DNA from: Anaerolineales bacterium
Lineage (GTDB): Bacteria > Chloroflexota > Anaerolineae > Anaerolineales > DRMV01
Reading direction: 5' to 3'
Assembly (NCBI GenBank): GCA_027023425.1
Contig: JALVVL010000026.1
Location: forward strand, 24,725-88,724
DNA: 64,000 nt
Shown: positions 37,014 to 46,311 of the stretch, piece after piece
How positions within the stretch are numbered: position 1 is the stretch's first letter
How the letters are laid out: every line of letters starts with the position of its first letter
Notes under the pieces: model-generated
Databases searched by the model: none
Seen by the model: the letters and a program-made list of their open reading frames with translations, nothing else
Told to the model about the DNA's origin: nothing
Made by a program: the position numbers and the translations under genes

Positions 37014-38141
37014 TTACCACAGCGTTTCCTGATGCGGCGGTCTGCGGCCGTCAAGCAGGATGAAAGGCGCGGCTTTGCTGACTGGAATGCCCAGTTTGCG
37101 CAACTGCGTTAGCGAACGGATGGTGGTTTCTTTGCGCGCTTGGACGATCGCCGCGGCTCGCACCGGCCCTATTCCCGGAATGCGCATTAGCATTTCCGGC
37201 GGGGCAGTGTTCACCTCAACCGGTGCTTGGGCAAGGTGGGTTTTTGCCCACCATTCTTTGGGATCGTCTGCCGGCAGCGAGGCGGCGTTTTGGGGGAATA
37301 ACTCGTCTACCGAAAAGCCGTAGTCGCGCAAGAGGAAAAAGGCGCGGTAAAGTCGGTGGACGCGCTCGGGGCGCTCGGCGGCTTTTCCTTCCAACGGCGT
37401 GTTGATTATGGGCCGAAATGCGGAATAGTACACCCGTTTTACGGCGGCTTCGCGCAATAGGCGGACGCTCCAACTTATCAGGTCGCGGTCGGTTTCGCTT
37501 GCCGCCCCTACCACAAATTGGGTGACTAAAGACGGCCATCGTTCGCGCCCGTATCGCTGCGGCGGCAGGTTTTCTTTGATCTTTGCCGCTTTGGTTAGCG
37601 TGCCCATCAGTTCACCCCAGAATTGTTTTTGCGGCGCTAAACGGCTCAGATATTCTTCGCCCGGGGCTTCCAGATTGACCGATACCCTATCAGCCAGACG
37701 CATTGCTTCTAAAATTTGCTCTTGCTCCGCGCCGGGCATCAATTTGAGGTGTATGTAGCCGGTGTAGCCATCTCGGCGGAGCATGGCGGCGGTTTTTAGC
37801 AGGCGGTCTTGGGTGGCGAGGCTGCCGCCCGCTATGCCACTGCTTAGGAGCACGCCGCGGATAAAGCCGCGCCGCGTCATCAGTTCTATTTGCGCGGCCA
37901 TTTCGTGCGGTTTGAAGGTTTCTCTGCGGAAATCGCGGCCCGCGCGGAAAGGGCAATAGGCGCAGTTGCGCTCGCAGGCCGAGGTGAGCAGTGCTTTGAG
38001 GATGGGCATCTTTTTGCCCCCTGCGGTTACCCACGAGATGGGCCCTGCGCGCATCGGCCTTTTCGCTGCTTCATCCTCGCCTGCTTCGCGGTCTAAATCG
38101 GCCTCTGGCGTGAGCCGCGATAGCCTTTCCCAAATTTCCAT
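37014..38141 (-). CDS. Putative DNA modification/repair radical SAM protein with C-terminal HhH
   Basis: CERNCAYCPF cluster motif. C-terminal MRIPGIGPVRAAAIVQAR helix-hairpin-helix. Confidence 0.8.
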   Translation of the reverse strand: MEIWERLSRLTPEADLDREAGEDEAAKRPMRAGPISWVTAGGKKMPILKALLTSACERNCAYCPFRAGRDFRRETFKPHEMAAQIELMTRRGFIRGVLLSSGIAGGSLATQDRLLKTAAMLRRDGYTGYIHLKLMPGAEQEQILEAMRLADRVSVNLEAPGEEYLSRLAPQKQFWGELMGTLTKAAKIKENLPPQRYGRERWPSLVTQFVVGAASETDRDLISWSVRLLREAAVKRVYYSAFRPIINTPLEGKAAERPERVHRLYRAFFLLRDYGFSVDELFPQNAASLPADDPKEWWAKTHLAQAPVEVNTAPPEMLMRIPGIGPVRAAAIVQARKETTIRSLTQLRKLGIPVSKAAPFILLDGRRPPHQETLW

Positions 38142-38225
38142 GCTTCCCTCAAGCGTAACTTTTTCGCCCTAATGATAGAACATTTGCTCGGGTTTTGCAA
38201 GAGCGAGGGCGGCATTTGTCCCACA

Positions 38226-38523
38226 CAACAAAGTAATTACCTGCGCGAGTGGGGGCAATAGCCGTTTTGGGAGTTGCTTTTCCCAAAAAGTCGCCGCAGG
38301 GCGACTTCGCGGCTGGTAGGTGCAGTTTCAACTGCCGCTGTATGATGTCATTGCGAGCCGCGGAGCGGCGAAGCAATACCTTTTTTGGCCGCAGGAGACT
38401 GTTTTGTTTGGCGGCCATGCCGCCTTGTACCCTCCGGAACAGGGGGCGCACGCCGTGCGCCCCTACGAGGTGTTTTTGGCATGGAGGCCTTTGTAGGGGC
38501 GAATGGCTGTTCGCCCAGCGCCC
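38226..38523 (+). repeat. REP/BIME-like mosaic leading into the tandem array
   Basis: AATTACC...TTCCCAAAAAGTCGCCGCAGGGCGACTT...GGTGCAGTTTCAACTGCC, then TGTCATTGCGAGCCGCGGAGCGGCGAAGCAAT, then GGGGCGCACGCCGTGCGCCCCTAC. Confidence 0.9.
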
Positions 38524-39180
38524 CGAGTCGCCGTAGGGCGACTTCGCAGCTGGTAGATGCAGTTTCAACTGCCGCCATTTGCCCGGCGACTGAAGTCACG
38601 GGCTACGAATTGCGAAGTCCGCCTGCGCGGACTAAAGTCGCCGTAGGGCGACTTCGCAGCCGGTAGATGCAGTTTCAACTACCGCCCCTTGCCCTGCGAC
38701 TGAAGTCACGGGCTACGAATTGCGAAGTCCGCCTGTGCGGACTAAAGTTGCCGTAGGGCGACTTCGCAGCCGGTAGATGCAGTTTCAACTGCCGCCATTT
38801 GCCCTGCGACTGAAGTCACGGGCTACGAATTGCGAAGCCCGCCTGTGCGGACTAAAGTCGCCGCAGGGCGACTTCGCAGCCGGTAGGCGCAGTTTCAACT
38901 GCCGCCCCTTGCCCGGCGACTGAAGTCACGGGCTACGAATTGCGAAGTCCGCCTGTGCGGACTAAAGTTGCCGTAGGGCGACTTCGCAGCCGGTAGGTGC
39001 AGTTTCAACTGCCGCCATTTGCCCGGCGACTGAAGTCACGGGCTGCGAATTGCGAAGTCCGCCTGCGCGGACTAAAGTCGCCGCAGGGCGACTTCGCAGC
39101 CGGTAGGCGCAGTTTCAACTGCCGCCATTTGCCCGGCGACTGAAGTCACGGGCTGCGAATTGCGAAGTCCGCCTGCGCGG
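38524..39180 (+). repeat. Six head-to-tail copies of a 110-bp unit made of four hairpin modules
   Basis: GCAGTTTCAACT recurs at 38559, 38669, 38779, 38889, 38999 and 39109, in exact 110-bp phase. Units differ at only a handful of positions. There are no unique spacers. Confidence 0.95.
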
Positions 39181-39230
39181 GCTTTTGCGCCGAAGAGTTT
39201 TCCCTCGCTTGCGGGGCGGGTAGGCGACCA

Positions 39231-39267
39231 CAAAAAAAAACGACCGGCTTCGCGAAGCCGGTCGTTT
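39231..39267 (-). terminator. Rho-independent terminator of ppdK
   Basis: Minus strand reads AACGACCGGCTTCG-cg-AAGCCGGTCGTT followed by T9. Confidence 0.85.
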
Positions 39268-39290
39268 CCGCTGCAGTGTTTTTGCGTGCA

Positions 39291-42035
39291 TTACGCCCGA
39301 TGCTTGATGGCGGCTTGCGCCGCGGCCAAGCGGGCGATGGGCACGCGGTAGGGCGAGCAACTGACGTAGTTCTGGCCGATGAGATGGCAGAATTCAATCG
39401 TTGCCGGGTCGCCGCCGTGCTCGCCGCAGATGCCCACTTCCAGTTCGGGACGGGTGCTGCGGCCTTCTTCCACCGCGATCTTCATCAACCGCCCGACGCC
39501 GTCGCGGTCAATGGTCTGGAACGGGTTGGCGGGCAGGATGCCCTGCTCCACATACAGCGCGAGGAAGTTGCGCTCCGCGTCGTCGCGGCTGTAGCCAAAG
39601 GTCATCTGCGTCAGGTCGTTGGTGCCGAAGGAGAAGAACTGCGCGACCTCGGCGATTTCTTTCGCGGTCAGCGCGGCCCGCGGAATTTCAATCATCGTGC
39701 CGAACTTGTATTCCACGGTCACGCCCTTTTCTTCCATCACCTTCTTGGCAATTTCCTCCAGCCGGGGCTGGATGCGCTTCAACTCGTTCACGTGGCTGGT
39801 GAGCGGGATCATCACCTCGGGCTTGGGCGTGCCGCCGGCGGCTTTGCGGTTGCACGCGGCTTCAAAGATGGCGCGCACTTGCATTTCCACAATTTCGGGC
39901 ATCACAATGCTCAGGCGCACACCGCGCAAGCCCATCATCGGGTTGCTTTCGTGCAGGGCGCGCACTTTTTCCAACAGCGCCTCTTTCTCAGCCAAGCCCT
40001 CGGTTTCGCCCTTGGCCTTCATGGTGGCAACTTCCTCAATCAGGCTTTCCAGCGAGGGCAGGAACTCGTGCAATGGCGGGTCAATCAGGCGGATGATGAC
40101 GGGCAAGCCGTCCATCGCCTCAAACAAGCCTTCAAAGTCCTCGCGCTGGAAGGGCAGAAGTTCGTCCAAGGCGGCCTTGCGCTCTTCGGGCGTCTCGGCG
40201 AGGATCATGCGCTGGACGATGGGCAGGCGCTCGGGCTCAAAGAACATGTGCTCGGTGCGGGCCAGGCCGATGCCCTTGGCGCCGTAGGAGCGGGCGCGGC
40301 GGGCGTCTTCGGGGTAGTCGGCGTTAGCCCAAACCTGCAAGCCGGTGGTCGGCCAGCCTTCGGGCGCCTTGCGGATGCCGGGAGTTGCCGCGATTTCGTC
40401 CGCCCATTCAAGCAGGGTCATCAGTTCGGTTTGCTCTTCAAGGCTGGGGGCAACGGTGGGCATCTGCCCGAGGAAGATTTCGCCCGTGGTGCCGTCAATG
40501 GAAATCCAATCGCCTTCTTTGATGACGGTGTCACCGATGGTCATCTGGCGCTTGTCCAGGTCAATGCGCACCGCGGAAGCGCCCACCACCGCGGGGATGC
40601 CGAACTGGCGAGCGACCACCGCGGCGTGCGAGGTCGCGCCGCCTTCGCTGGTCAGGATGCCCTGCGAAGCGATCATGCCGTGCACGTCGTCGGGCTTGGT
40701 GAACGGGCGCACCATGATCACCTTTTCGCCGTGCTCTTTCGCCATCTTTTCGGCGGTGTCGGCGTCAAAGTAAACCTTGCCCACCGCCGCGCCGGGCGAA
40801 GCATTCACGCCCTTGGCGAGCAGGCGACCGTCTTTGCGCGCCTTTTCCACCTCTTGCGGGTCAAACTGTGGATGCAGGAGCGTATCCACCTGCTCGGGCG
40901 TTACGCGCATCACCGCTTCCTCTTTGGTGATCAAGCCCTCGTTCACCATGTCAACCGCGATTTTCACCGCGGCTTTGGCGGTGCGCTTGCCCGTACGGGT
41001 TTGCAACATCCACAGTTTGCCGCGCTCAATGGTAAATTCCACATCCTGCATGTCGCGGTAGTGCTTTTCCAGTTTTTCGGCGATGTCCAAGAACTGCTTG
41101 TATGCTTCGGGCAGTTCTTCGGCCATCTTTTGGATGGGCGAAGGCGTGCGGATGCCCGCGACCACATCCTCGCCCTGAGCGTTGAGCAGGTATTCGCCCC
41201 AAATTTCCTTCTCGCCAGTGCTGGGGTTGCGGGTGAAGGCCACTCCGGTGCCGCTGTCCCAGCCCATGTTGCCGAACACCATGGTCACAATGTTGACGGC
41301 GGTGCCCAAATCGTGCGGAATGCCTGCGGCATTGCGGTAATCAATGGCGCGCTTGCTGTTCCACGAGCGGAAGACGGCTTCCACCGCCAAGCGCAACTGT
41401 TCCAGCGGGTCTTGCGGGAAGTCAAAGCCTTTGTGCTCGCGCACGATGGCTTTGAAGCGTTCCACCAGTTCCTTTAGGGCTTCGGCGTCAAGGTCGGTGT
41501 CTTCCTTTGCGCCTTTTTCTTCCTTGAGTTTTTCAAGCGCCTCTTCAAACGCCTCGTCGGGAATTTCCAGCACTACCGAGCCGAACATCTGAATCAGGCG
41601 GCGGTAGGCGTCGTACACAAACCGCTCGTTTTTAGTCAGTTCCACCATGCCCTTGGCAGTTTCGTCGTTCAAGCCCACGTTGAGAATGGTGTCCATCATG
41701 CCGGGCATGGAAAACTTAGCGCCGGAGCGCACGGAGACCAGCAGGGGGTTTTTCGGGTCGCCGAATTTCTTGCCGGTCATTTCCTCAATTTTGTGCAAAG
41801 CCTCCAGCGTCTGCTCCCACATGCCTTCGGGGAATTTGCCGCCGCTTTCGTAGTAGGCGTTGCATGCCTCGGTGGTGATGGTGAAGCCGGGGGGCACCGG
41901 CACGCCGATGCGCGTCATCTCGGCCAGGTTGGCGCCCTTGCCGCCCAAAAGGCCGCGCACGTCGTCCCAATTGCCGCCGACGTACTTTTCGGCCTCATCA
42001 ACCTCTGTGAACAGATAAACCCATTTCTTTGTCAT
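39291..42035 (-). CDS. ppdK: Pyruvate, phosphate dikinase
   Basis: ATG 42035 (MTKKWVYLF) with AGGAGG upstream. GGKGANLAEM, phosphohistidine region GGATSHAAVVARQFG, C-terminal PEP-utilising domain. Confidence 0.95.
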   Translation of the reverse strand: MTKKWVYLFTEVDEAEKYVGGNWDDVRGLLGGKGANLAEMTRIGVPVPPGFTITTEACNAYYESGGKFPEGMWEQTLEALHKIEEMTGKKFGDPKNPLLVSVRSGAKFSMPGMMDTILNVGLNDETAKGMVELTKNERFVYDAYRRLIQMFGSVVLEIPDEAFEEALEKLKEEKGAKEDTDLDAEALKELVERFKAIVREHKGFDFPQDPLEQLRLAVEAVFRSWNSKRAIDYRNAAGIPHDLGTAVNIVTMVFGNMGWDSGTGVAFTRNPSTGEKEIWGEYLLNAQGEDVVAGIRTPSPIQKMAEELPEAYKQFLDIAEKLEKHYRDMQDVEFTIERGKLWMLQTRTGKRTAKAAVKIAVDMVNEGLITKEEAVMRVTPEQVDTLLHPQFDPQEVEKARKDGRLLAKGVNASPGAAVGKVYFDADTAEKMAKEHGEKVIMVRPFTKPDDVHGMIASQGILTSEGGATSHAAVVARQFGIPAVVGASAVRIDLDKRQMTIGDTVIKEGDWISIDGTTGEIFLGQMPTVAPSLEEQTELMTLLEWADEIAATPGIRKAPEGWPTTGLQVWANADYPEDARRARSYGAKGIGLARTEHMFFEPERLPIVQRMILAETPEERKAALDELLPFQREDFEGLFEAMDGLPVIIRLIDPPLHEFLPSLESLIEEVATMKAKGETEGLAEKEALLEKVRALHESNPMMGLRGVRLSIVMPEIVEMQVRAIFEAACNRKAAGGTPKPEVMIPLTSHVNELKRIQPRLEEIAKKVMEEKGVTVEYKFGTMIEIPRAALTAKEIAEVAQFFSFGTNDLTQMTFGYSRDDAERNFLALYVEQGILPANPFQTIDRDGVGRLMKIAVEEGRSTRPELEVGICGEHGGDPATIEFCHLIGQNYVSCSPYRVPIARLAAAQAAIKHRA

Positions 42036-42169
42036 GGCTACCTCCTGAAAATAAGCCTCAAAAATTAGCAAACAACTTTCCCAAATGCTAAGTTTACCAC
42101 AGCGAAATGCCGTGGCAAAAGTTTAAATGGCGAAAAAGAAATTAGAGAAGGAATAGAAAAAGTGCCGAC

Positions 42170-42739
42170 TTACCGCCGCAGCCGCCAAAGAGCGGGCAAT
42201 AGCAACCCTGCTGCGATGGCTTTGAGCGCATCGCCCAGCAGGAAGGGTAGCACTCCCAGTGCGAGGGCTTTGCGAAAGCCGACGAAAAACCCCAGCCAGG
42301 GCGCGCCTAAGGCGTAGATGGCGGCTTCGCCGAGCAGAAAGCCGAGCCACGCGGTCGTGAGGCGGCGGTCGCCGCCGCGCTCGGCAAATTCTCCCACCAG
42401 CCACGCGGCGGGCACGAAGCCCAGCAGGTAACCGCCGGTGGGGCCGAGCAGGTAGGCCGCGCCGCCGCCAGCGGCGAACACCGGCAAGCCGGCCACCCCC
42501 TCAGCGAGGTAGGCTAGCACCGCGGCGGTGCCGCGCCTTTTCCCCAGCGCCGCGGCAACCAGCAGCACCGCGAAAGTCTGCCCCGTGATGGGCACCGGCG
42601 TGAAGGGGAGAGCCACGCGCACGTGCGCTATCAGTGCGATGAACAGGCTTGCGCCCAACACCAGCGCCGCATTTCCGGCCGCGGTGAGCGGCGGCACTAA
42701 AACGCGTGGTTGAAGCCGAGATGAGGTGTAGGCCGTCAT
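42170..42739 (-). CDS. bioY: Biotin transporter BioY
   Basis: 189-aa polytopic protein. FTPVPITGQTFAVLL and LPVFAGGGG, typical BioY motifs. Confidence 0.85.
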   Translation of the reverse strand: MTAYTSSRLQPRVLVPPLTAAGNAALVLGASLFIALIAHVRVALPFTPVPITGQTFAVLLVAAALGKRRGTAAVLAYLAEGVAGLPVFAAGGGAAYLLGPTGGYLLGFVPAAWLVGEFAERGGDRRLTTAWLGFLLGEAAIYALGAPWLGFFVGFRKALALGVLPFLLGDALKAIAAGLLLPALWRLRR

Positions 42740-43050
42740 TTGTCTGCTCCTTTTTTGTGGTGGGAATGCGCCTCTGCCGAGGCTGGGGTGTGCTTGTGTG
42801 GCAGGCCGCCTTTGAGTTTTGGAATGGGTTTTTCGGGGGCTTCGCCTTTGCTCATTGGGTCAAAGACGTTGTTGGCTACCCAAAGGTGATCCGAGGCGGC
42901 GGCAAATGCCCGTTCTGCATAGTTGCTCGCTTCTTTGAGGATGCGGTCGCGCACCGCCGGCGGCAGGTTTTTGAGCCATTTTTCGCGCTCTTCTTCGCTG
43001 CGCAGTTCGGCGGCTTGTTTCAGCAAGGCGCGCAGTTCTGCTTCGCTCAT
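42736..43050 (-). CDS. Hypothetical small charged protein, translationally coupled to bioY
   Basis: Trimmed to ATG 43050 (MSEAELRALLKQ...) because the upstream part of the tracked ORF is repeat-derived. 4-nt overlap with the bioY start. Confidence 0.4.
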   Translation of the reverse strand: MSEAELRALLKQAAELRSEEEREKWLKNLPPAVRDRILKEASNYAERAFAAASDHLWVANNVFDPMSKGEAPEKPIPKLKGGLPHKHTPASAEAHSHHKKGADK

Positions 43051-43084
43051 TTCTTCCACGGCCTTTTCTCCTTGCTCCTCGTAA

Positions 43085-43312
43085 CTGCCTACCCGCTCTG
43101 TAAGCGGGGACAAACACTTCGGTGCGGGGTGAGCAGAAGTCCACGCAGATGGACTTCGTAACTTGTAGCCCGTGACTTTAGTCGCGGTGCACAAGCGGCG
43201 GCAGTTGAAACTGCACCTACCGCTTGTGAGGTCGCCCTACGGCGACTTTTTGGGAAGTGCGATCCCAAAAATGGCATATTGCATCCGCGTAGGTAATTGC
43301 TGCTCCTCAAGG
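43085..43312 (-). repeat. ~200-nt composite REP-like element immediately 3' of pheT
   Basis: Colinear with 25395-25600. Minus strand reads AATTACCTACGCGG...CCATTTTTGGG...AGTCGCCGTAGGGCGAC...GGTGCAGTTTCAACTGCCGCC...GCGACTAAAGTCAC...AGTCCATCTGCGTGGACT. Confidence 0.85.
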
Positions 43313-43320
43313 ATGCCCCT

Positions 43321-45840
43321 TCACCCACGCAGTTGCGCTTTTAGTTCGCGCTGGAGGGCTTTGATGATGCGCTTGCGGATTTTTGCGGCGTCTTTGTCGG
43401 TGAGCGTCTTTTCCATGTCTTGGTAGGTGAGGTGGTAGGCAAGGCTCTTTTTGCCTTCGCCGATTTGCGGGCCGCGGTAGACGTCAAAGAGTTGCACATC
43501 CACCAGCCGCTTGCCGCCGGCTTTGCGGATTACGGCTTCAACCTGCGCGGCGGGCACGGCTTCGTCCACCACTACCGCCAAATCTTCCACCACCGGCGGG
43601 AAGGGCGAGATGGGCTTGAGCGCGTAGCCGTCGGGGATGAGGTCAATGATGGCGTCGGCGTCCAACTCGGCAACCAGCACCGGTGCGCCTTCAATTTCGT
43701 ACCGTTGTTGCGCTTCGGGGTGCAGTTCGCCGAAAACGCCCAGCGGGATGCCTTCCACGCTGACCTGCGCGCTCTTTCCGGGGTGCAGGGCGGGGTGCTC
43801 GGCGGGCTCAAATTCGGCTTCGCCGAGGTGCAGGGCTTCTATCAGGGCTTCTATCACGCCTTTGAGGTCGTAGAAGTCCATCTTGGGCGGTTCGCCACTT
43901 TCCCAATGGGGAAGTTGGCGGTCGCCGGTGAGCAAGATTGCCAATCGGCGAGGCTCATCGGGCAGAAGTTCCCCTTCCCGCGGGTGGAACACTGGGCCGA
44001 GATCAAACAGCGCTTGGCGGTTGCGGAAGCGGGCATTGCGCTCGGCGACCTCCAGCAAGCCGGGGAGCAGGTGGCGGCGCATGGCGCGCCGGTCGGGCGC
44101 AATCGGGTTCACCAGTTCCACATAGGGCTCTTTCGCATAGTCAGGCACAAGGCGGGCTTCGCGCTCGGGCGAAGTGAGGCGGTAGGTGATGATTTCCTGC
44201 AAGCCGAGGGTGGTGAGAATGTCGCGCATGTGTTCTTCGCGCTCCAAATCGGGGTTGGGGCGCTGAGGTGGCAGTTCGTCGGCAATCCGCGTTTCGGGGA
44301 TGCGGTCGTAGCCGTACATGCGGGCGATTTCTTCCATCAGGTCGGCTTTGCCGATGACGCCTTCGCCGATGTCAAGACGGTGCGGCGGCGTTTTGGCATA
44401 GACGGTGTCGTCCACGATTTTGCATTCAAATTCAAGCGGGGTGAGCAGGTCGGCGATTTCGTGGGGTGTGAGTGAAATGCCGAGCCAACGTCGCACGTCT
44501 TCGGGCGTTATGACGACCGTGGGGTCTTTGGGCGGGAGGGGGTATTCGTCAATGAAGCCTTTGGCGACCGTGCCGCCGCTCCACTGGCGCATGAGTTCCA
44601 GCACGCGCCGCAGGCCGACTTCTGCCAGCGCGGGGTGGACGCCGCGCGAAAACCGGTATGCCGCTTCGGAGGAGAGTTTTTGCTTTTGCGCCGTGCGGCG
44701 GATGTTGATGAAGTTCCACGATGCCGCTTCTAAAAGCACGTTGCGGGTTTGGTCGGTCACTTCGCTTTCTTCGCCGCCCATCACGCCCGCGATGGAAAGC
44801 GGGCCTACGGTGTCGCACACCAAAACGGTGAATTCGTCCAAAGTGCGCTCTACGCCGTCCAGAGTTGTGAGTTTTTCGCCTTTGTGGGCGGTGCGGGTGA
44901 TGATGGTGGGAGGTTTGCCGCCGGCGCGCTTCACCAGCACGTCGTAGTCAAATGCGTGGAGCGGCTCGCCTGTTTCCAGCATGACGTAGTTGGTGGCGTC
45001 CACGATGTTGTTGATGGGGCGCATTCCCGCCATTTTGAGCCGCCATTGCACCCAGAAGGGGCTGGGTTTGATTTCTACATTGCAAATCAAGCCCAGCATG
45101 AAGCGGGGGTTGAGTTCGGGGTTGGTGATTTTGACGGCGGCGCGGCCTTGGATAGGCTTGCCTTCGGCCAGCACTTCCAACGAGGGTTTGTGGAGGGGCT
45201 TGCCGAGCAGGGCGGCAGTTTCGCGCGCCACGCCCAGCACATTGGCGTTGCGTGCCATGTTGGGCGTGATGGCGATATCTAACACGGCGTCGCCCATGTA
45301 TTCCGCGAGCGGCATTCCGACCGGTGCGTCGTCGGGCAGGTAGATGATGTCGTCCATTTCTTCGGAAATGGCTAATTCTTTTTCGGAGCACACCATTGAG
45401 TAGGAGACCACGCCGCGGATTTTGGTGCGCTTGAGGGTGATAAGTTTCCAGCCGGGGTTGTGCCCATCGTAGAGACGGGCGCCTTCGCGGGCGTAAGCCA
45501 CTTTGAGCGGCTTTTCAAGTTTTTTGCCCTTGAGCGGCAGCAGGGAAGGCGCGCCGGTGAGCACAATGTGCTCCTGCTCGCCGTCGTCTAAGCGGCAGAG
45601 CACCAGCCGGTCGGCGTTGGGGTGGGGCTTTACTTCGTAAATTGCCCCCACCACGAACTTGTCGGCCGGCCATTCCAAGCCCGAAATTTTGAAGTCGTGT
45701 TTCCCTTCCTTGGGCATCGGCAAGCCAACATAGCGGATTGCTTCAACTTCAAGCCCGGCAAGCGTCAATTTGCGGGCTAATTCTTCTACCGGAATGTCAA
45801 TTTCAACAAATTCTTTGAGCCATGAGAGGGGGATGAGCAT
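43321..45840 (-). CDS. pheT: Phenylalanine--tRNA ligase beta subunit
   Basis: 839 aa. MLIPLSWLKEF N-terminus, tRNA-binding, B3/4, B5 and FDX-ACB domains. Confidence 0.95.
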   Translation of the reverse strand: MLIPLSWLKEFVEIDIPVEELARKLTLAGLEVEAIRYVGLPMPKEGKHDFKISGLEWPADKFVVGAIYEVKPHPNADRLVLCRLDDGEQEHIVLTGAPSLLPLKGKKLEKPLKVAYAREGARLYDGHNPGWKLITLKRTKIRGVVSYSMVCSEKELAISEEMDDIIYLPDDAPVGMPLAEYMGDAVLDIAITPNMARNANVLGVARETAALLGKPLHKPSLEVLAEGKPIQGRAAVKITNPELNPRFMLGLICNVEIKPSPFWVQWRLKMAGMRPINNIVDATNYVMLETGEPLHAFDYDVLVKRAGGKPPTIITRTAHKGEKLTTLDGVERTLDEFTVLVCDTVGPLSIAGVMGGEESEVTDQTRNVLLEAASWNFINIRRTAQKQKLSSEAAYRFSRGVHPALAEVGLRRVLELMRQWSGGTVAKGFIDEYPLPPKDPTVVITPEDVRRWLGISLTPHEIADLLTPLEFECKIVDDTVYAKTPPHRLDIGEGVIGKADLMEEIARMYGYDRIPETRIADELPPQRPNPDLEREEHMRDILTTLGLQEIITYRLTSPEREARLVPDYAKEPYVELVNPIAPDRRAMRRHLLPGLLEVAERNARFRNRQALFDLGPVFHPREGELLPDEPRRLAILLTGDRQLPHWESGEPPKMDFYDLKGVIEALIEALHLGEAEFEPAEHPALHPGKSAQVSVEGIPLGVFGELHPEAQQRYEIEGAPVLVAELDADAIIDLIPDGYALKPISPFPPVVEDLAVVVDEAVPAAQVEAVIRKAGGKRLVDVQLFDVYRGPQIGEGKKSLAYHLTYQDMEKTLTDKDAAKIRKRIIKALQRELKAQLRG

Positions 45841-45851
45841 GGGTGCCTCCG

Positions 45852-45905
45852 TGAAGCGTTAGTCGTTGGGGCGTTAGGTCGTTAGGTCGTTGGGGCGTTG
45901 GGTCG
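45852..45905. repeat. (GGTCGTTR)n array flanking the four-helix-bundle gene
   Basis: ttagtcgttggggcgttaggtcgttaggtcgttggggcgttgggtcgtt. Confidence 0.9.
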
Positions 45906-46292
45906 TTATTTGGAGTGTTGGTTGTTTTGGCGGGATCGCAAGTAGCGGATGTAGCCATTGATCATTTGTTTTAGGCGGTAAAGGTGTTGAATCGCATGTT
46001 GGTGCGTCTCGTCGGGAATGTAGTGCAGCCGGTGAGCGAGTTCAAGATAGGTGAAGGTCTCTTCGGCTGAGCCGCGGGCGATGTAGCAGAAACGAATTTG
46101 GTCGCCCAGATGATAGCGCCCATATCCTTCGGCAAGGTTGGCAGGGATACTTTGAACGGCACGCTGCAGTTGCTCTTGTAAGGCAAATCGTTCGTGAGCA
46201 GGCAGTTGAGGTATGACTTCCTGATAGATAGTTTCTACAAATGTCATGGCTGCTTGCCAAACCTCCAGCCGTTCTAAGTTGCTCTGAGCCAT
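45906..46292 (-). CDS. Four-helix-bundle protein (23S rRNA intervening-sequence protein / Avd-like family)
   Basis: 128 aa. LEVWQAAMTFVETIY...ERFALQEQLQRAVQSIPANLAEGYGR...ARGSAEETFTYLELA. Confidence 0.85.
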   Translation of the reverse strand: MAQSNLERLEVWQAAMTFVETIYQEVIPQLPAHERFALQEQLQRAVQSIPANLAEGYGRYHLGDQIRFCYIARGSAEETFTYLELAHRLHYIPDETHQHAIQHLYRLKQMINGYIRYLRSRQNNQHSK

Positions 46293-46311
46293 CCCCTGCC
46301 TCCGTTCATCG

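Noticed and set aside
38524-39180. Regularly spaced repeats that could be taken for a CRISPR array
   Set aside because: The whole 110-bp period is repeated, so there are no unique spacers. The units are composites of REP-like hairpins found singly elsewhere. No cas genes are in the window.
39276-41477. 733-aa ORF on the plus strand
   Set aside because: It is antisense to ppdK. It has a low-complexity Gly/Ala/His/Arg-rich translation typical of open antisense frames in GC-rich genes. ppdK on the minus strand has unmistakable motifs.
43051-43194. N-terminal part of the 152-aa ORF upstream of bioY
   Set aside because: The residues (..TATKVTGYKLRSPSAWTS..) are a translation of the REP-like composite element also found at 25395-25600. 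The ORF was trimmed to ATG 43050.
45906-46292. Four-helix-bundle gene as part of a diversity-generating retroelement (Avd)
   Set aside because: No reverse transcriptase ORF and no template/variable repeat pair with adenine-specific differences is visible within the window.
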